Part shown: in pieces, positions 1 through 8,278 of the stretch | How positions within the stretch are numbered: position 1 is the first letter of the stretch | How the letters are laid out: each line of letters opens with the position of its first letter | Source of the DNA: an uncultured Alphaproteobacteria bacterium | GTDB lineage: Bacteria; Pseudomonadota; Alphaproteobacteria; Rs-D84 | Length of the DNA stretch: 64,000 nucleotides | Direction of reading: 5' to 3' | Assembly (NCBI GenBank): GCA_944389515.1 | Contig: CALXMQ010000001.1 | Coordinates: 7,079 to 71,078 of the forward strand | Notes under the pieces: model-generated | What the model was told of the DNA's origin: nothing | Seen by the model: only the letters and a program-made list of their open reading frames with translations | The model's database searches: none | Translations under genes and position numbers: made by a program

Positions 1-1372
1 CAATATCGCGGCATGTTTCCAATCCACGTTCGGCATAGATGCGTTTGCTGTTTAATTCTGCGACAATCAGGCGATTGGTTGCGTTGGTCAATACGTCGCC
101 ATCCAAAGATATCTGGTTCCCCAGTTCGTAAAATTCAGGTGTGTAAATTGGTTCACCAGTATCACGATTCAAATATCGACCGGTTATATCCAAACAGTGC
201 ACATAATCTTCGCCACATGCTGTGTCCGCGGTGATATCGGTTCGAACCTGGGCAATGCAGTCATTGATAGATGTCGAATTATGGGCGTTATAATTTTCCA
301 ATCGTGCCATATTCATTTCGCGTTCTGTATCGCGGATTGTACTGTTTGCCTGAACCAGTTGGCCATCCAGTGCGTTCAGTAATGCGGAACAATCATTTTC
401 TATGTACATACCGTATGCAGAAACAACCATATCCAGTGTGGATTGCGATGGGCATTGTTCAGAAATCAAATCAACGCATTGGGCATGTACCGCGTTATAT
501 AATGCTTCGCCAGTTAAATTGGCAATGTTTTGACCAGATGCCAAATCTGTTGTTGCCCATATTTGATTTATATCACCAGCGATGTCCAAAGTGCCCGATG
601 TAGATAAAGATTGATTTTTTGTAGATGCCAAAACATCACGAATCCCGTTCAGTTGTTGTGCGGATTCTGACTTATCATCGGTGACGGCCAATTCGCCTTC
701 GCTGGCATTTAACATGGCGTTTACTTCGGCGGCTGTTTTAGGAATAACTTCTATGTTCAAATCGTGAAAATCTTGTAATTGATCTGATGCCTGGGATAAT
801 GCACGTTCGCGTTCTTGGATGTCGGTCAGGCGTGATGAACATATGCATCTGCGATAAGAATCATTTGCGGTGGCACAAAATTGATCCATGCATGTAAAAT
901 ACGCATTACGGCATGTGTTATACCCAGTCCCAAATGTGTTTGTAACAGTTGATGGTGCGATTGTTGTGGCGCGCGCATTGCGTGCCGTACGTGCAGATGG
1001 TGTAACAGTATTACGTGCCGTGGTTGCGGTTCGGACAACGTTGTTTGTTGTGGCACTGCGCGGTGATGCGGTTGTTTGTTGGTTTGTTGCCGTTCTGGCA
1101 ACAGATGCCGCACGTGATGTTCCAGATGTCGTTGCAGTGCGCACATTGCCAGATGTGCGATTGACCGTTGTTGAATTATTTCTGGTTATTGTTCTGGTTG
1201 TATTATTACTGGATTGTGTTGTTGGAATTCGGGCAGTTCGTGCAATAACGGCCGTCCCAGAATTTGTGGTTGATTGGGTGTTTCGGGTGACCGTGTTTGT
1301 ATCACGTACCGCAGCATCGGCATGTGCGATGCCAATTAAACACGCAATAGTAAAGATTATCAACCTTTTCAT
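1..1372 (-). CDS. Large Cys-rich secreted protein, family A paralog (N-terminal 457 codons; gene runs off the left edge)
   Basis: Absent from the ORF track because no stop lies in the window. I checked the minus frame codon by codon and it is open from ATG 1372-1370 to position 2. It encodes MKRLIIFTIACLIGIAHA (signal peptide), then a ~130-aa Thr/Arg/Asn/Ser-rich region, then CRNAYFTCMDQFCATANDSYRRCICSS. The same Cys signature occurs in 1877-4066, 4116-6683 and 38502-41828. Confidence 0.75.
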   Translation of the reverse strand, partial: MKRLIIFTIACLIGIAHADAAVRDTNTVTRNTQSTTNSGTAVIARTARIPTTQSSNNTTRTITRNNSTTVNRTSGNVRTATTSGTSRAASVARTATNQQTTASPRSATTNNVVRTATTARNTVTPSARTARNARATTIAPSTVTNTFGTGYNTCRNAYFTCMDQFCATANDSYRRCICSSRLTDIQERERALSQASDQLQDFHDLNIEVIPKTAAEVNAMLNASEGELAVTDDKSESAQQLNGIRDVLASTKNQSLSTSGTLDIAGDINQIWATTDLASGQNIANLTGEALYNAVHAQCVDLISEQCPSQSTLDMVVSAYGMYIENDCSALLNALDGQLVQANSTIRDTEREMNMARLENYNAHNSTSINDCIAQVRTDITADTACGEDYVHCLDITGRYLNRDTGEPIYTPEFYELGNQISLDGDVLTNATNRLIVAELNSKRIYAERGLETCRDI

Positions 1373-1451
1373 AATGTATATATAAATAATGATAACAAAA
1401 ATATATTTTTATGAAAAGTGATATTTATTCAGTAATTGTGTTTTTATCAAT

Positions 1452-1478
1452 AAAAAAATTCCGCAACAGATGCGGAAT
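1452..1478 (-). terminator. Intrinsic terminator of infA
   Basis: Hairpin ATTCCGCA-tctgt-TGCGGAAT followed by a T-run on the minus strand, directly after the infA stop. Confidence 0.7.
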
Positions 1479-1733
1479 TTAATTTTCTGGTGTGTTACCT
1501 TCATTTGTTGGTCGGGTGCGTTCGACAAATGTGATGCGACCCTTGTCTAAATCATATGGGGTCATTTCAACACGAACATGTTCACCAACATTGACCCATA
1601 TGCGTGCCTTGCGCATTTTGCCGCATACGGTTGCCAAAATTTCGTGGCCATTTTCTAGCTTTACGCGAAACATAGTGTTTGGTAATTTATCCATAACCGT
1701 GCCACTGAAAACAATTACATCATCTTTTGCCAT
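1479..1733 (-). CDS. infA: Translation initiation factor IF-1
   Basis: 84 aa, [42 protein letters not shown]...; unmistakable S1-like IF-1 sequence with a short C-terminal extension. Confidence 0.95.
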   Translation of the reverse strand: MAKDDVIVFSGTVMDKLPNTMFRVKLENGHEILATVCGKMRKARIWVNVGEHVRVEMTPYDLDKGRITFVERTRPTNEGNTPEN

Positions 1734-1876
1734 AAGTATTCCTGTATGTATTTACTTAAAAATCTGACGAATATGATACATTTTTATAAAAAACATTGCA
1801 AGATGTTTTTATCTGCTTGCACCAATGGGCTGCATTTGATAAAATTATGTATAATTATAAAAGTAGGACGGGATAC

Positions 1877-4066
1877 ATGAAACTAGGAATACTTTTTGCT
1901 GTGATATCTTTGATACCAGGGATTGGATTGGCGGCAACGCGTGATGATGCGACTGTGCGAATTGGTGTCAATCGTATGGCCCAGGCGGCGTCGCGTGCGC
2001 CAAATATGTCTGTGGATGTTTCTGCTGGTGCAAACATATCTGCATCAATGCCGACATTAAATGTAAATCCTGGGGTTTCTGGTTCTGGGGGTGGTGGTGA
2101 TACAACCCCAAGTGGCAGTGGCAATGTGTCCGATAATACAACGGGTTCGGGAAATGTGACGGTTGATGATGTGCCTGTGGCATCCAGCGAAACGTGTCGC
2201 GAAGCGTATCGGGCATGCATGGATGAATTCTGTTTGCTGGATGAATCCGAAGGAAACCGGTGTGCGTGTTCGTCAAATATCAATCAATCAAAATCTTTGA
2301 TTCAGGAAATTCAATCAATCCAAGAAGAAGCGGATTTGCTGTATACCGAAGGGGTGGAACGCGAACAAATGGGTGCCCAGGCTAAATTAGTGTTTGGTGA
2401 AAGTGAAGAGGCACAAAAAAGTTCACGTATATCAGGAATAAATTTTGCAGACTGGATAAACAGTGGTGTCGAAGAAGATGTCAGTTTGGGCAGCGACAGT
2501 GATATTGGTGATCCGTTATATGCAATGGCGGCAGAATTTTGTGCCAGCCGGTTGGATGCGTGTGGCGAAGATGCAGAAATGGAAGAATTTTTGTATGCAC
2601 GTCAAATTGTTCAAGACTGTAAAAATTTTGAATCATATTTGGAAGATCAAAAATCTATTGCAGAGGCAAATAAACGCACGGCTGAGGCCGCTGTACGTCA
2701 GGCACGTTTAGAAATGCTGGATACCACAAACAAATATAATCGTGGTGAATGTTTGTTGGCGTATCGTTCATGTATCGCGGACAAGGGCGGTTGTGGTGTA
2801 AATTTTGAAAACTGTTTGGATGCAGATTTATTACAGCGTCGTGCAAATGCATGTGAAAATGTGTTGGATCAATGTATGGCGGTGCGTGAATATGTTTTGC
2901 AAGATTGGCAAGACGAAGCGGTTAGTATTTTAACCGATGCTGCAAAATATGCAGACAGAAATGCGCGTGCAACATGTTTGGCACGTATTCAGTTATGCTT
3001 AGAAGACAGTTGTTCTACGGAAACAAATTCTGCGTGTTTAACAAATGTAAATGTTGCAGCAGGCATTTGTCCAGTTATTGATGAATGCGAAGAAATGATT
3101 CCGGGGATTAAATCGGTTGTAAATGACAAATTGGGGTATTTGCGTACCCAGTTCTGTCAAAATGATATTGATGCATGTTTGCGTGACAGATGTGGTGAAA
3201 ACTTTACCGCGCCAGAATGTGTTGGTAAAAGTGCACTGGAAATTGCGGCATTGTGTCCACAAGATATGTTCCCGTCATGCAGCAATGAAACACAATTTGA
3301 TATTATTGTTCAGGCCGCCATGTTGCAAATGGATTATCAGATGTTACAGGGATGCTTGAATTATTTCAGTGAACAGTTGGGTGCGGTGTGCGGTACGGAT
3401 ATGTCGTGCTTGCCAACTGATACGCAAATTGCGTCGTTGGTCGAAGTGCCAGATACCCAAGAAGATTTGGCCGCGTTGCGCGAAAGTGTGCGTGCTAATA
3501 CCGAAGCGGCGGTAAACGATTTCTTTGTTCAGTTTGAACAGGATAAAACGGTGGCCGCGTGCCAAGACAGTCAAAAGCCAGCAGATAGGGAAAGCCTGGG
3601 GGACAGTGTATTTAATTCTGCGAAAATGATTGCGCAAATAAATGCAGAAAATCGTTCTATGCGTGAACTGGAATCAAAAATTGCAGAATTATCGCGTGAA
3701 CAAGATTTAGAAGAAGCGGAAGAAAACTGTTATAACCTGTATCAGGTTGAAACACCAGACGAATCCAGTAAAAATTATAGTTATATCCGCAGTGTTACAT
3801 TTGAACCAGCGTTGCGTAATTGTCATGTTTGCCGTATGCAGCAAGTTTGTGAAACAGGTGGCCAGTCCAAAGGGGCGGCCGGTGCCCAGGGTGCGGCCGG
3901 TGGTTTGGCGGCTGGTGCGTCAGCAGGTACAATGGTGTCACCGGGTTGGGGAACAGCGATTGGCGCAGTTGTCGGTGCGGTTGGCGGATTCTTTGTTGGA
4001 CGCGAAGCTGGTGGTGAACAAGAATTCTGTCAGGAAATTGAAAGTTGTGAAGATATAAATATGTAA
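1877..4066 (+). CDS. Large Cys-rich secreted protein, family A paralog
   Basis: Start moved to the internal ATG at 1877 (MKLGILFAVISLIPGIGLAATRD, signal peptide; AGGA upstream). Contains CREAYRACMDEFCLLDESEGNRCACSS and dozens of further Cys. It has a Gly-zipper-like hydrophobic stretch near the C-terminus and ends CEDINM. Confidence 0.85.
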   Translation: MKLGILFAVISLIPGIGLAATRDDATVRIGVNRMAQAASRAPNMSVDVSAGANISASMPTLNVNPGVSGSGGGGDTTPSGSGNVSDNTTGSGNVTVDDVPVASSETCREAYRACMDEFCLLDESEGNRCACSSNINQSKSLIQEIQSIQEEADLLYTEGVEREQMGAQAKLVFGESEEAQKSSRISGINFADWINSGVEEDVSLGSDSDIGDPLYAMAAEFCASRLDACGEDAEMEEFLYARQIVQDCKNFESYLEDQKSIAEANKRTAEAAVRQARLEMLDTTNKYNRGECLLAYRSCIADKGGCGVNFENCLDADLLQRRANACENVLDQCMAVREYVLQDWQDEAVSILTDAAKYADRNARATCLARIQLCLEDSCSTETNSACLTNVNVAAGICPVIDECEEMIPGIKSVVNDKLGYLRTQFCQNDIDACLRDRCGENFTAPECVGKSALEIAALCPQDMFPSCSNETQFDIIVQAAMLQMDYQMLQGCLNYFSEQLGAVCGTDMSCLPTDTQIASLVEVPDTQEDLAALRESVRANTEAAVNDFFVQFEQDKTVAACQDSQKPADRESLGDSVFNSAKMIAQINAENRSMRELESKIAELSREQDLEEAEENCYNLYQVETPDESSKNYSYIRSVTFEPALRNCHVCRMQQVCETGGQSKGAAGAQGAAGGLAAGASAGTMVSPGWGTAIGAVVGAVGGFFVGREAGGEQEFCQEIESCEDINM

Positions 4067-4115
4067 TTGGGTATGTCCCAATTACATATTATTATGTATT
4101 CAGGAGAGAGTATAT

Positions 4116-6683
4116 ATGAAAACACGTGTCGTTTTGGGTTCTGTTGTATGTTTGATGATGTTGGTTGTGGGGGTGTCGTCGTATGCAGTGACAACATCAA
4201 AAAACAGTCGGCAATCTGCGATTGCCCAGGGTACAACTGTACGTACCAAGGTAGAAGCCACCGGTTTATATGACCAGGCATGTTATGATGCGTATTTTGG
4301 ATGTATGGATCAATTTTGTATAACTGATAATGCCAGTGGCGGCGCATGTAATTGCAGTAATACAATAAATGAATACAATACCGAATTAGCCGAGATTCAA
4401 GAAATATTAGATGAAGCAAATCGACTGCGTACCGAAGAAGTTGAACGTGTGCGTGCAGGGGCAGATGCTGATATCGTATTTACTGGTGAACGCCGTTATG
4501 ACGAAGATGGGAATATTTTGGCGGAAGGCACAATGACCGAAGAAGAAGAAAAGGAAAAACGGCGCGCTGATTTATTGGCTATATTTAATACCAGTATTTA
4601 TGATACGGGTGATGTTTTTGCCGAAGAAAGCACCGTGGCCAATATGGCAGATATGATTGGTGATGAATTATATAATGCCGCTAATGAATTATGTGTAAAC
4701 CAGGTGCCTGAATCTTGTGCTGGGGATATTGCATTTTTACAACAATTATATTCTCGGCAGATAACATCTGATTGTTTGGGGTATAAAAATTCTTTGTCCC
4801 AGCAACGTACAAATGCTGAAAATGAATTGGCGGCGGCGGAATCAGAAGTGCGCACTGCGTTAAAAGAAAGTTTTGAAAGTGCCAATAAATTTGATTTAGG
4901 GCAATGTATGGTCGAATTCAAAAAGTGTATGCAAACAGAAGATGCGTGTGGTGAAGATTGGGAAAATTGTGTGATGACCATTGCGTCTGAAAATATGCAG
5001 AATAATGCAGCAACCAGTACGGCTGGGACAACTGTGGATACGGTGGATACATATGATATAACCGCATCAACGATGGAAATGTTAAATGCGAAACGTCCTA
5101 TTTGTGAAAATGTTTTGGATCAATGTGTGGCGGTACGCGACCAAGTATGGCCTAATTTCTTGCGCGAAGCGGCGCCAACCATCAAGGTGGCCGAAGGCAT
5201 CGTTGAATCAAAATTCCGGCAATCTTGTTTGGCCAATATTTCTGAATGTATTACAACGGCGTGTCGTGATGATATCGCAGGCAAAGGTGTTGCAACAATG
5301 GATGCATGTTTGTCACGTCCGGAAATGGCGCGCAGTTTCTGCAAGGTGGAAATTGATCCGTGTGAACGTATGGAACCACTGATTTGGGGATATGTCGAAG
5401 ATAAATTGGCGGCAATGCGTGTCGATGCATGTACCCAAGAAGTCAAAGATTGCTTTACCGCAGATACACGCTGTGGGCCGAATTTTGAAAACTGTATCGG
5501 TATGGATTACGATTATATCCACGATATTTGTCCGATTGACAGTTTGGTTGTGTGCAAGGCGAATAATCCAAACTTTTCAATGGATGATTTGGACGATATG
5601 TTGATGGGATTGTATCTGAATATTGATAATTCAATGATGGATCAATGTCAGAATTTGGTTGATACTAAAATGGCTGAAATTTGTGGCAGTACGACAGATT
5701 GTAATCGATTTGCGTCTGATGATACGATTGGAACTGGTTCTTTGCGCAGTCAAAAAGATGGCAATGTTTATCGGGTAACTGGCATGATTTCGTTTGGCAG
5801 TATCAAAATGGGTGACATAGATGGTGAAACTGTTGATGATGGTGACGGTGGAACTGTTAAATTGGAACCAGGGGATATCGGTGTTGGCGAATATATTGCA
5901 AAAATTCGTGAACGTAATGCAGATGTACCAAATGCAGAGGCAATTATTGGCACAATCGAAGAAGAATTAAATAATATTGCTGGTACAATAAATCGGACAA
6001 TCGATTTGATAGAAAGTGATCCTGAAATTCAATATTGTGTCAGTGGACGTGATTTGTCGCAAATCACAGGCGAAGAAGGTGAATCAACAACAGGGCGTTT
6101 CCCGAACTTGTTGAACCAGGTAAAAATGCAAATTGCGGCATCGGCATTGCGTCAGGCCCAAGACAATTATAATAATAAATTGAATCAGGCGATTGCAGAG
6201 GCAACCAAGGATGCGTCCGCAGATTTGGCACAATATATGTGTCAAATGTTACCGACAACTGGTGGTGTTGTATTGGGGGGATTGGATGTTGATACACCAT
6301 TGACCACACCATATTCAATCAGTTACGATGTTGGATCTGGGTTGGATAACAGTTTATTGGTCCAGGGCGCTGGCCGTGGCAGTGGCGCCACCAGTGGAAC
6401 CGCATCAATGGATACAACCGCAGGTACCAGCCAGGCTGCTGAAATTATAAATTCGTTTACTGGTTTGGGGTCAAATCGTGTCAAGATAGATTTGCCCAGT
6501 GGTACGCGTGAAATGTGGTCTTTGTTTAATCGGGAAACACGTACATGCCATTATTGTACGTCTACGATTACGAAATCATGTGAATCAATCAGTAAAAAAG
6601 GATTCTTGGGCATTGGGGCGAAAAACGAATTGAAATGCACAGAATCCGAGCCTGTGGAAAAGTGCGAAGATATTGTGATGTAG
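4116..6683 (+). CDS. Large Cys-rich secreted protein, family A paralog (tandem to 1877-4066)
   Basis: 855 aa with signal peptide MKTRVVLGSVVCLMMLVVGVSSYA and GGAGAG RBS. Contains CYDAYFGCMDQFCITDNASGGACNCSN and CENVLDQCVAVRD (CENVLDQCMAVRE in the neighbour). Ends CEDIVM. Confidence 0.85.
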   Translation: MKTRVVLGSVVCLMMLVVGVSSYAVTTSKNSRQSAIAQGTTVRTKVEATGLYDQACYDAYFGCMDQFCITDNASGGACNCSNTINEYNTELAEIQEILDEANRLRTEEVERVRAGADADIVFTGERRYDEDGNILAEGTMTEEEEKEKRRADLLAIFNTSIYDTGDVFAEESTVANMADMIGDELYNAANELCVNQVPESCAGDIAFLQQLYSRQITSDCLGYKNSLSQQRTNAENELAAAESEVRTALKESFESANKFDLGQCMVEFKKCMQTEDACGEDWENCVMTIASENMQNNAATSTAGTTVDTVDTYDITASTMEMLNAKRPICENVLDQCVAVRDQVWPNFLREAAPTIKVAEGIVESKFRQSCLANISECITTACRDDIAGKGVATMDACLSRPEMARSFCKVEIDPCERMEPLIWGYVEDKLAAMRVDACTQEVKDCFTADTRCGPNFENCIGMDYDYIHDICPIDSLVVCKANNPNFSMDDLDDMLMGLYLNIDNSMMDQCQNLVDTKMAEICGSTTDCNRFASDDTIGTGSLRSQKDGNVYRVTGMISFGSIKMGDIDGETVDDGDGGTVKLEPGDIGVGEYIAKIRERNADVPNAEAIIGTIEEELNNIAGTINRTIDLIESDPEIQYCVSGRDLSQITGEEGESTTGRFPNLLNQVKMQIAASALRQAQDNYNNKLNQAIAEATKDASADLAQYMCQMLPTTGGVVLGGLDVDTPLTTPYSISYDVGSGLDNSLLVQGAGRGSGATSGTASMDTTAGTSQAAEIINSFTGLGSNRVKIDLPSGTREMWSLFNRETRTCHYCTSTITKSCESISKKGFLGIGAKNELKCTESEPVEKCEDIVM

Positions 6684-6688
6684 TATAT

Positions 6689-6714
6689 AAAACCCACGTA
6701 ATGTGGGTTTTTTG
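6689..6714 (+). terminator. Intrinsic terminator
   Basis: AAACCCAC-gtaa-TGTGGGTTT followed by TTTTG just after the stop at 6683. Confidence 0.75.
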
Positions 6715-6790
6715 TTAAAAATAAATTCCTAGACATTTTATTGAATAAATGTGATATTATATATGCGTAAACGAACAAAAGGGGTAATAT

Positions 6791-7168
6791 ATGAAAAAAA
6801 TTTCTATTATGGCTGTGATGTGTGCATTGGTCACGGGTGTTGCCATTGCGGATTTTCAACCAAATACACCGCAACGTGCACCAGTTGGTGGTGGATTTGT
6901 TGGCGGCGTTGAAAATATTGTAACAGTAAAACAGGCCAAAGAAATGCGTGATGATGTTCCAGTGATTGTTCAAGGTCACATTGTACAACGTATGGGTGAT
7001 GATAAATATTTGTTCGAAGATTCAACTGATTCTGTGACGGTTGAAATTGATCGCAAGGATTGGCGCGGCCAGACAGTAACACCATCTGATACTGTTAAAT
7101 TATATGGCGAAGTTGATGCCGGATTATTCAAAACAGAAATTGATGTTGATTATGTTGAAAAAATATAA
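6791..7168 (+). CDS. ygiW: YgiW/YdeI-type periplasmic OB-fold (BOF) protein
   Basis: 125 aa with a signal peptide. VKQAKEMRDDVPVIVQGHIVQRMGDDKYLFEDSTDSVTVEIDRKDWRGQTVTPSDTVKLYGEVD matches the YgiW family pattern as I remember it. Confidence 0.8.
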   Translation: MKKISIMAVMCALVTGVAIADFQPNTPQRAPVGGGFVGGVENIVTVKQAKEMRDDVPVIVQGHIVQRMGDDKYLFEDSTDSVTVEIDRKDWRGQTVTPSDTVKLYGEVDAGLFKTEIDVDYVEKI

Positions 7169-7193
7169 TCTGGGATTTTTTGTGATGAAAAAT

Positions 7194-7221
7194 AAACCGC
7201 CCGTGTGGGCGGTTTGTTTTT
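7194..7221. terminator. Bidirectional intrinsic terminator between convergent genes
   Basis: AAACCGCCC-gtgt-GGGCGGTTT flanked by A-run and T-run. Confidence 0.7.
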
Positions 7222-7498
7222 ATTCAAGTGGACAGGGGGATGTAAATTCATATGTGCCAGTGCTGTCGGTGTAACTGATGCCGGTGGGGGCATACATTAT
7301 GCATGAACCGTCGGGATTTGATACCAAACAGCTGGTTGCCGTGCCGGCAGATGTATATCCGGATGGGCATGTACTGGTCGCGATTGTCATATGTGTTTCC
7401 ATTATTGTAACGTAACCCGTGGGACATGATGTAGACAGTGTTGCGGCAAATGCGGAATTTACCATAAATGCCATGTATAACATAATTATTTTTTTCAT
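7220..7498 (-). CDS. Small Cys-rich secreted protein (family B, minimal member); distal gene of cassette copy 1
   Basis: 92 aa, signal peptide MKKIIMLYMAFMVNSAFA, 8 Cys. Clear paralog of 22073-22375. The C-terminal GSCIMYAPTGISYTDSTGTYEFTSPC resembles the CYIP...G.Y.F...C module of the larger family B proteins. Confidence 0.8.
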   Translation of the reverse strand: MKKIIMLYMAFMVNSAFAATLSTSCPTGYVTIMETHMTIATSTCPSGYTSAGTATSCLVSNPDGSCIMYAPTGISYTDSTGTYEFTSPCPLE

Positions 7499-7513
7499 TT
7501 TTATTCACCTGGT

Positions 7514-7933
7514 TTAATCTGAAAGGCTGGAAAATAAACTGTTTTTTATTGAGCTAGTTGCTCGTTCTAAGTACATGCTGGTGTTCCTGGCACAATTATA
7601 TAAGCAGCCATCAGTGGTTCCTAAATCCATATAAAATACCCATTGTGATACAGCTGGACTGGTCATTTTTATCCAGCAATATTTATTTGCATTACTGGTT
7701 GTAGATGCGGTAAGGGTGCTTGATTTTGCACCGCTGGATGTTCCTTTTTTATCACTGCAAAATGCCACACCAGAAACAGGTATTTCATTACATGTTGCAG
7801 TCCATTGTGATCCGGAACCAGAAGCATCACTGCAGGTTGTGGATGATGACAAATTCACACACTTGGTCACGGCCGTGGCAGGGGGAATTGTCGCAATACA
7901 AATTATACCGGTGATTATTAAATGTTTTTTCAT
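7514..7933 (-). CDS. Small Cys-rich secreted protein; proximal gene of cassette copy 1
   Basis: 139 aa with a signal peptide and GGAGA RBS. Paralog of 22394-22837: shared VTKCV.LSSSTTC, CW.KM.SPAVS.W and C-terminal LSD. Confidence 0.8.
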   Translation of the reverse strand: MKKHLIITGIICIATIPPATAVTKCVNLSSSTTCSDASGSGSQWTATCNEIPVSGVAFCSDKKGTSSGAKSSTLTASTTSNANKYCWIKMTSPAVSQWVFYMDLGTTDGCLYNCARNTSMYLERATSSIKNSLFSSLSD

Positions 7934-7965
7934 ATTCTTATCTCCATCGTTCTTTTGTTTTTAAG

Positions 7966-8180
7966 TAAAAGAAAACCACCAGATTTTTTCGGGTGGTTGG
8001 AGTTTAAGAACAATCACTATAATTGCGTGGTTTATTCAATGTATTCACCACACTCCAACCGCATGGGTTGGATTTATTTTACGTCGTTGTGCGACGATAG
8101 TGATGGGTTCTTAAGCCCAATGTGGGAATACCCCACATCAATTTTTATATTATCACACGTGTGGGGTAAATCAACAGTAA
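7966..8180 (-). promoter_or_regulatory. Promoter plus riboswitch-like structured leader, type 1, copy A, ending in an intrinsic terminator
   Basis: TTGATT ... TAATAT promoter (about 8146-8180). The leader has helices TTAAGAAC/GTTCTTAA, CGTCG/CGACG, CCAACC/GGTTGG and GTGGT/ACCAC, a competing CTCCAACC, and the terminator AACCACCC-gaaaaaatc-TGGTGGTT plus T-run. The architecture repeats with covariation at 22865-23106 and 17976-18166. Confidence 0.6.
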
Positions 8181-8250
8181 ATGTTTTGTGTCGTAATAAA
8201 TTTGTTTATATGTGTTTGAATCTGGTATTGTTCAAAAATCGGATATGTAT

Positions 8251-8278
8251 AAAAAACGGGGAATTTCCCCGTTTTTTT
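8251..8278 (-). terminator. Intrinsic terminator after the MotB-like gene
   Basis: AACGGGGAA-at-TTCCCCGTT flanked by A- and T-runs immediately after the stop at 8279. Confidence 0.75.

Noticed and set aside
888-1385. 165-aa plus-strand ORF with a Val/Ala/Arg-rich repetitive translation
   Set aside because: It is the antisense mirror of the Thr/Arg/Asn-rich region of the minus-strand family A gene (1-1372), which has a signal peptide and the family Cys signature. The same artefact occurs at 41182-41847, opposite 38502-41828.
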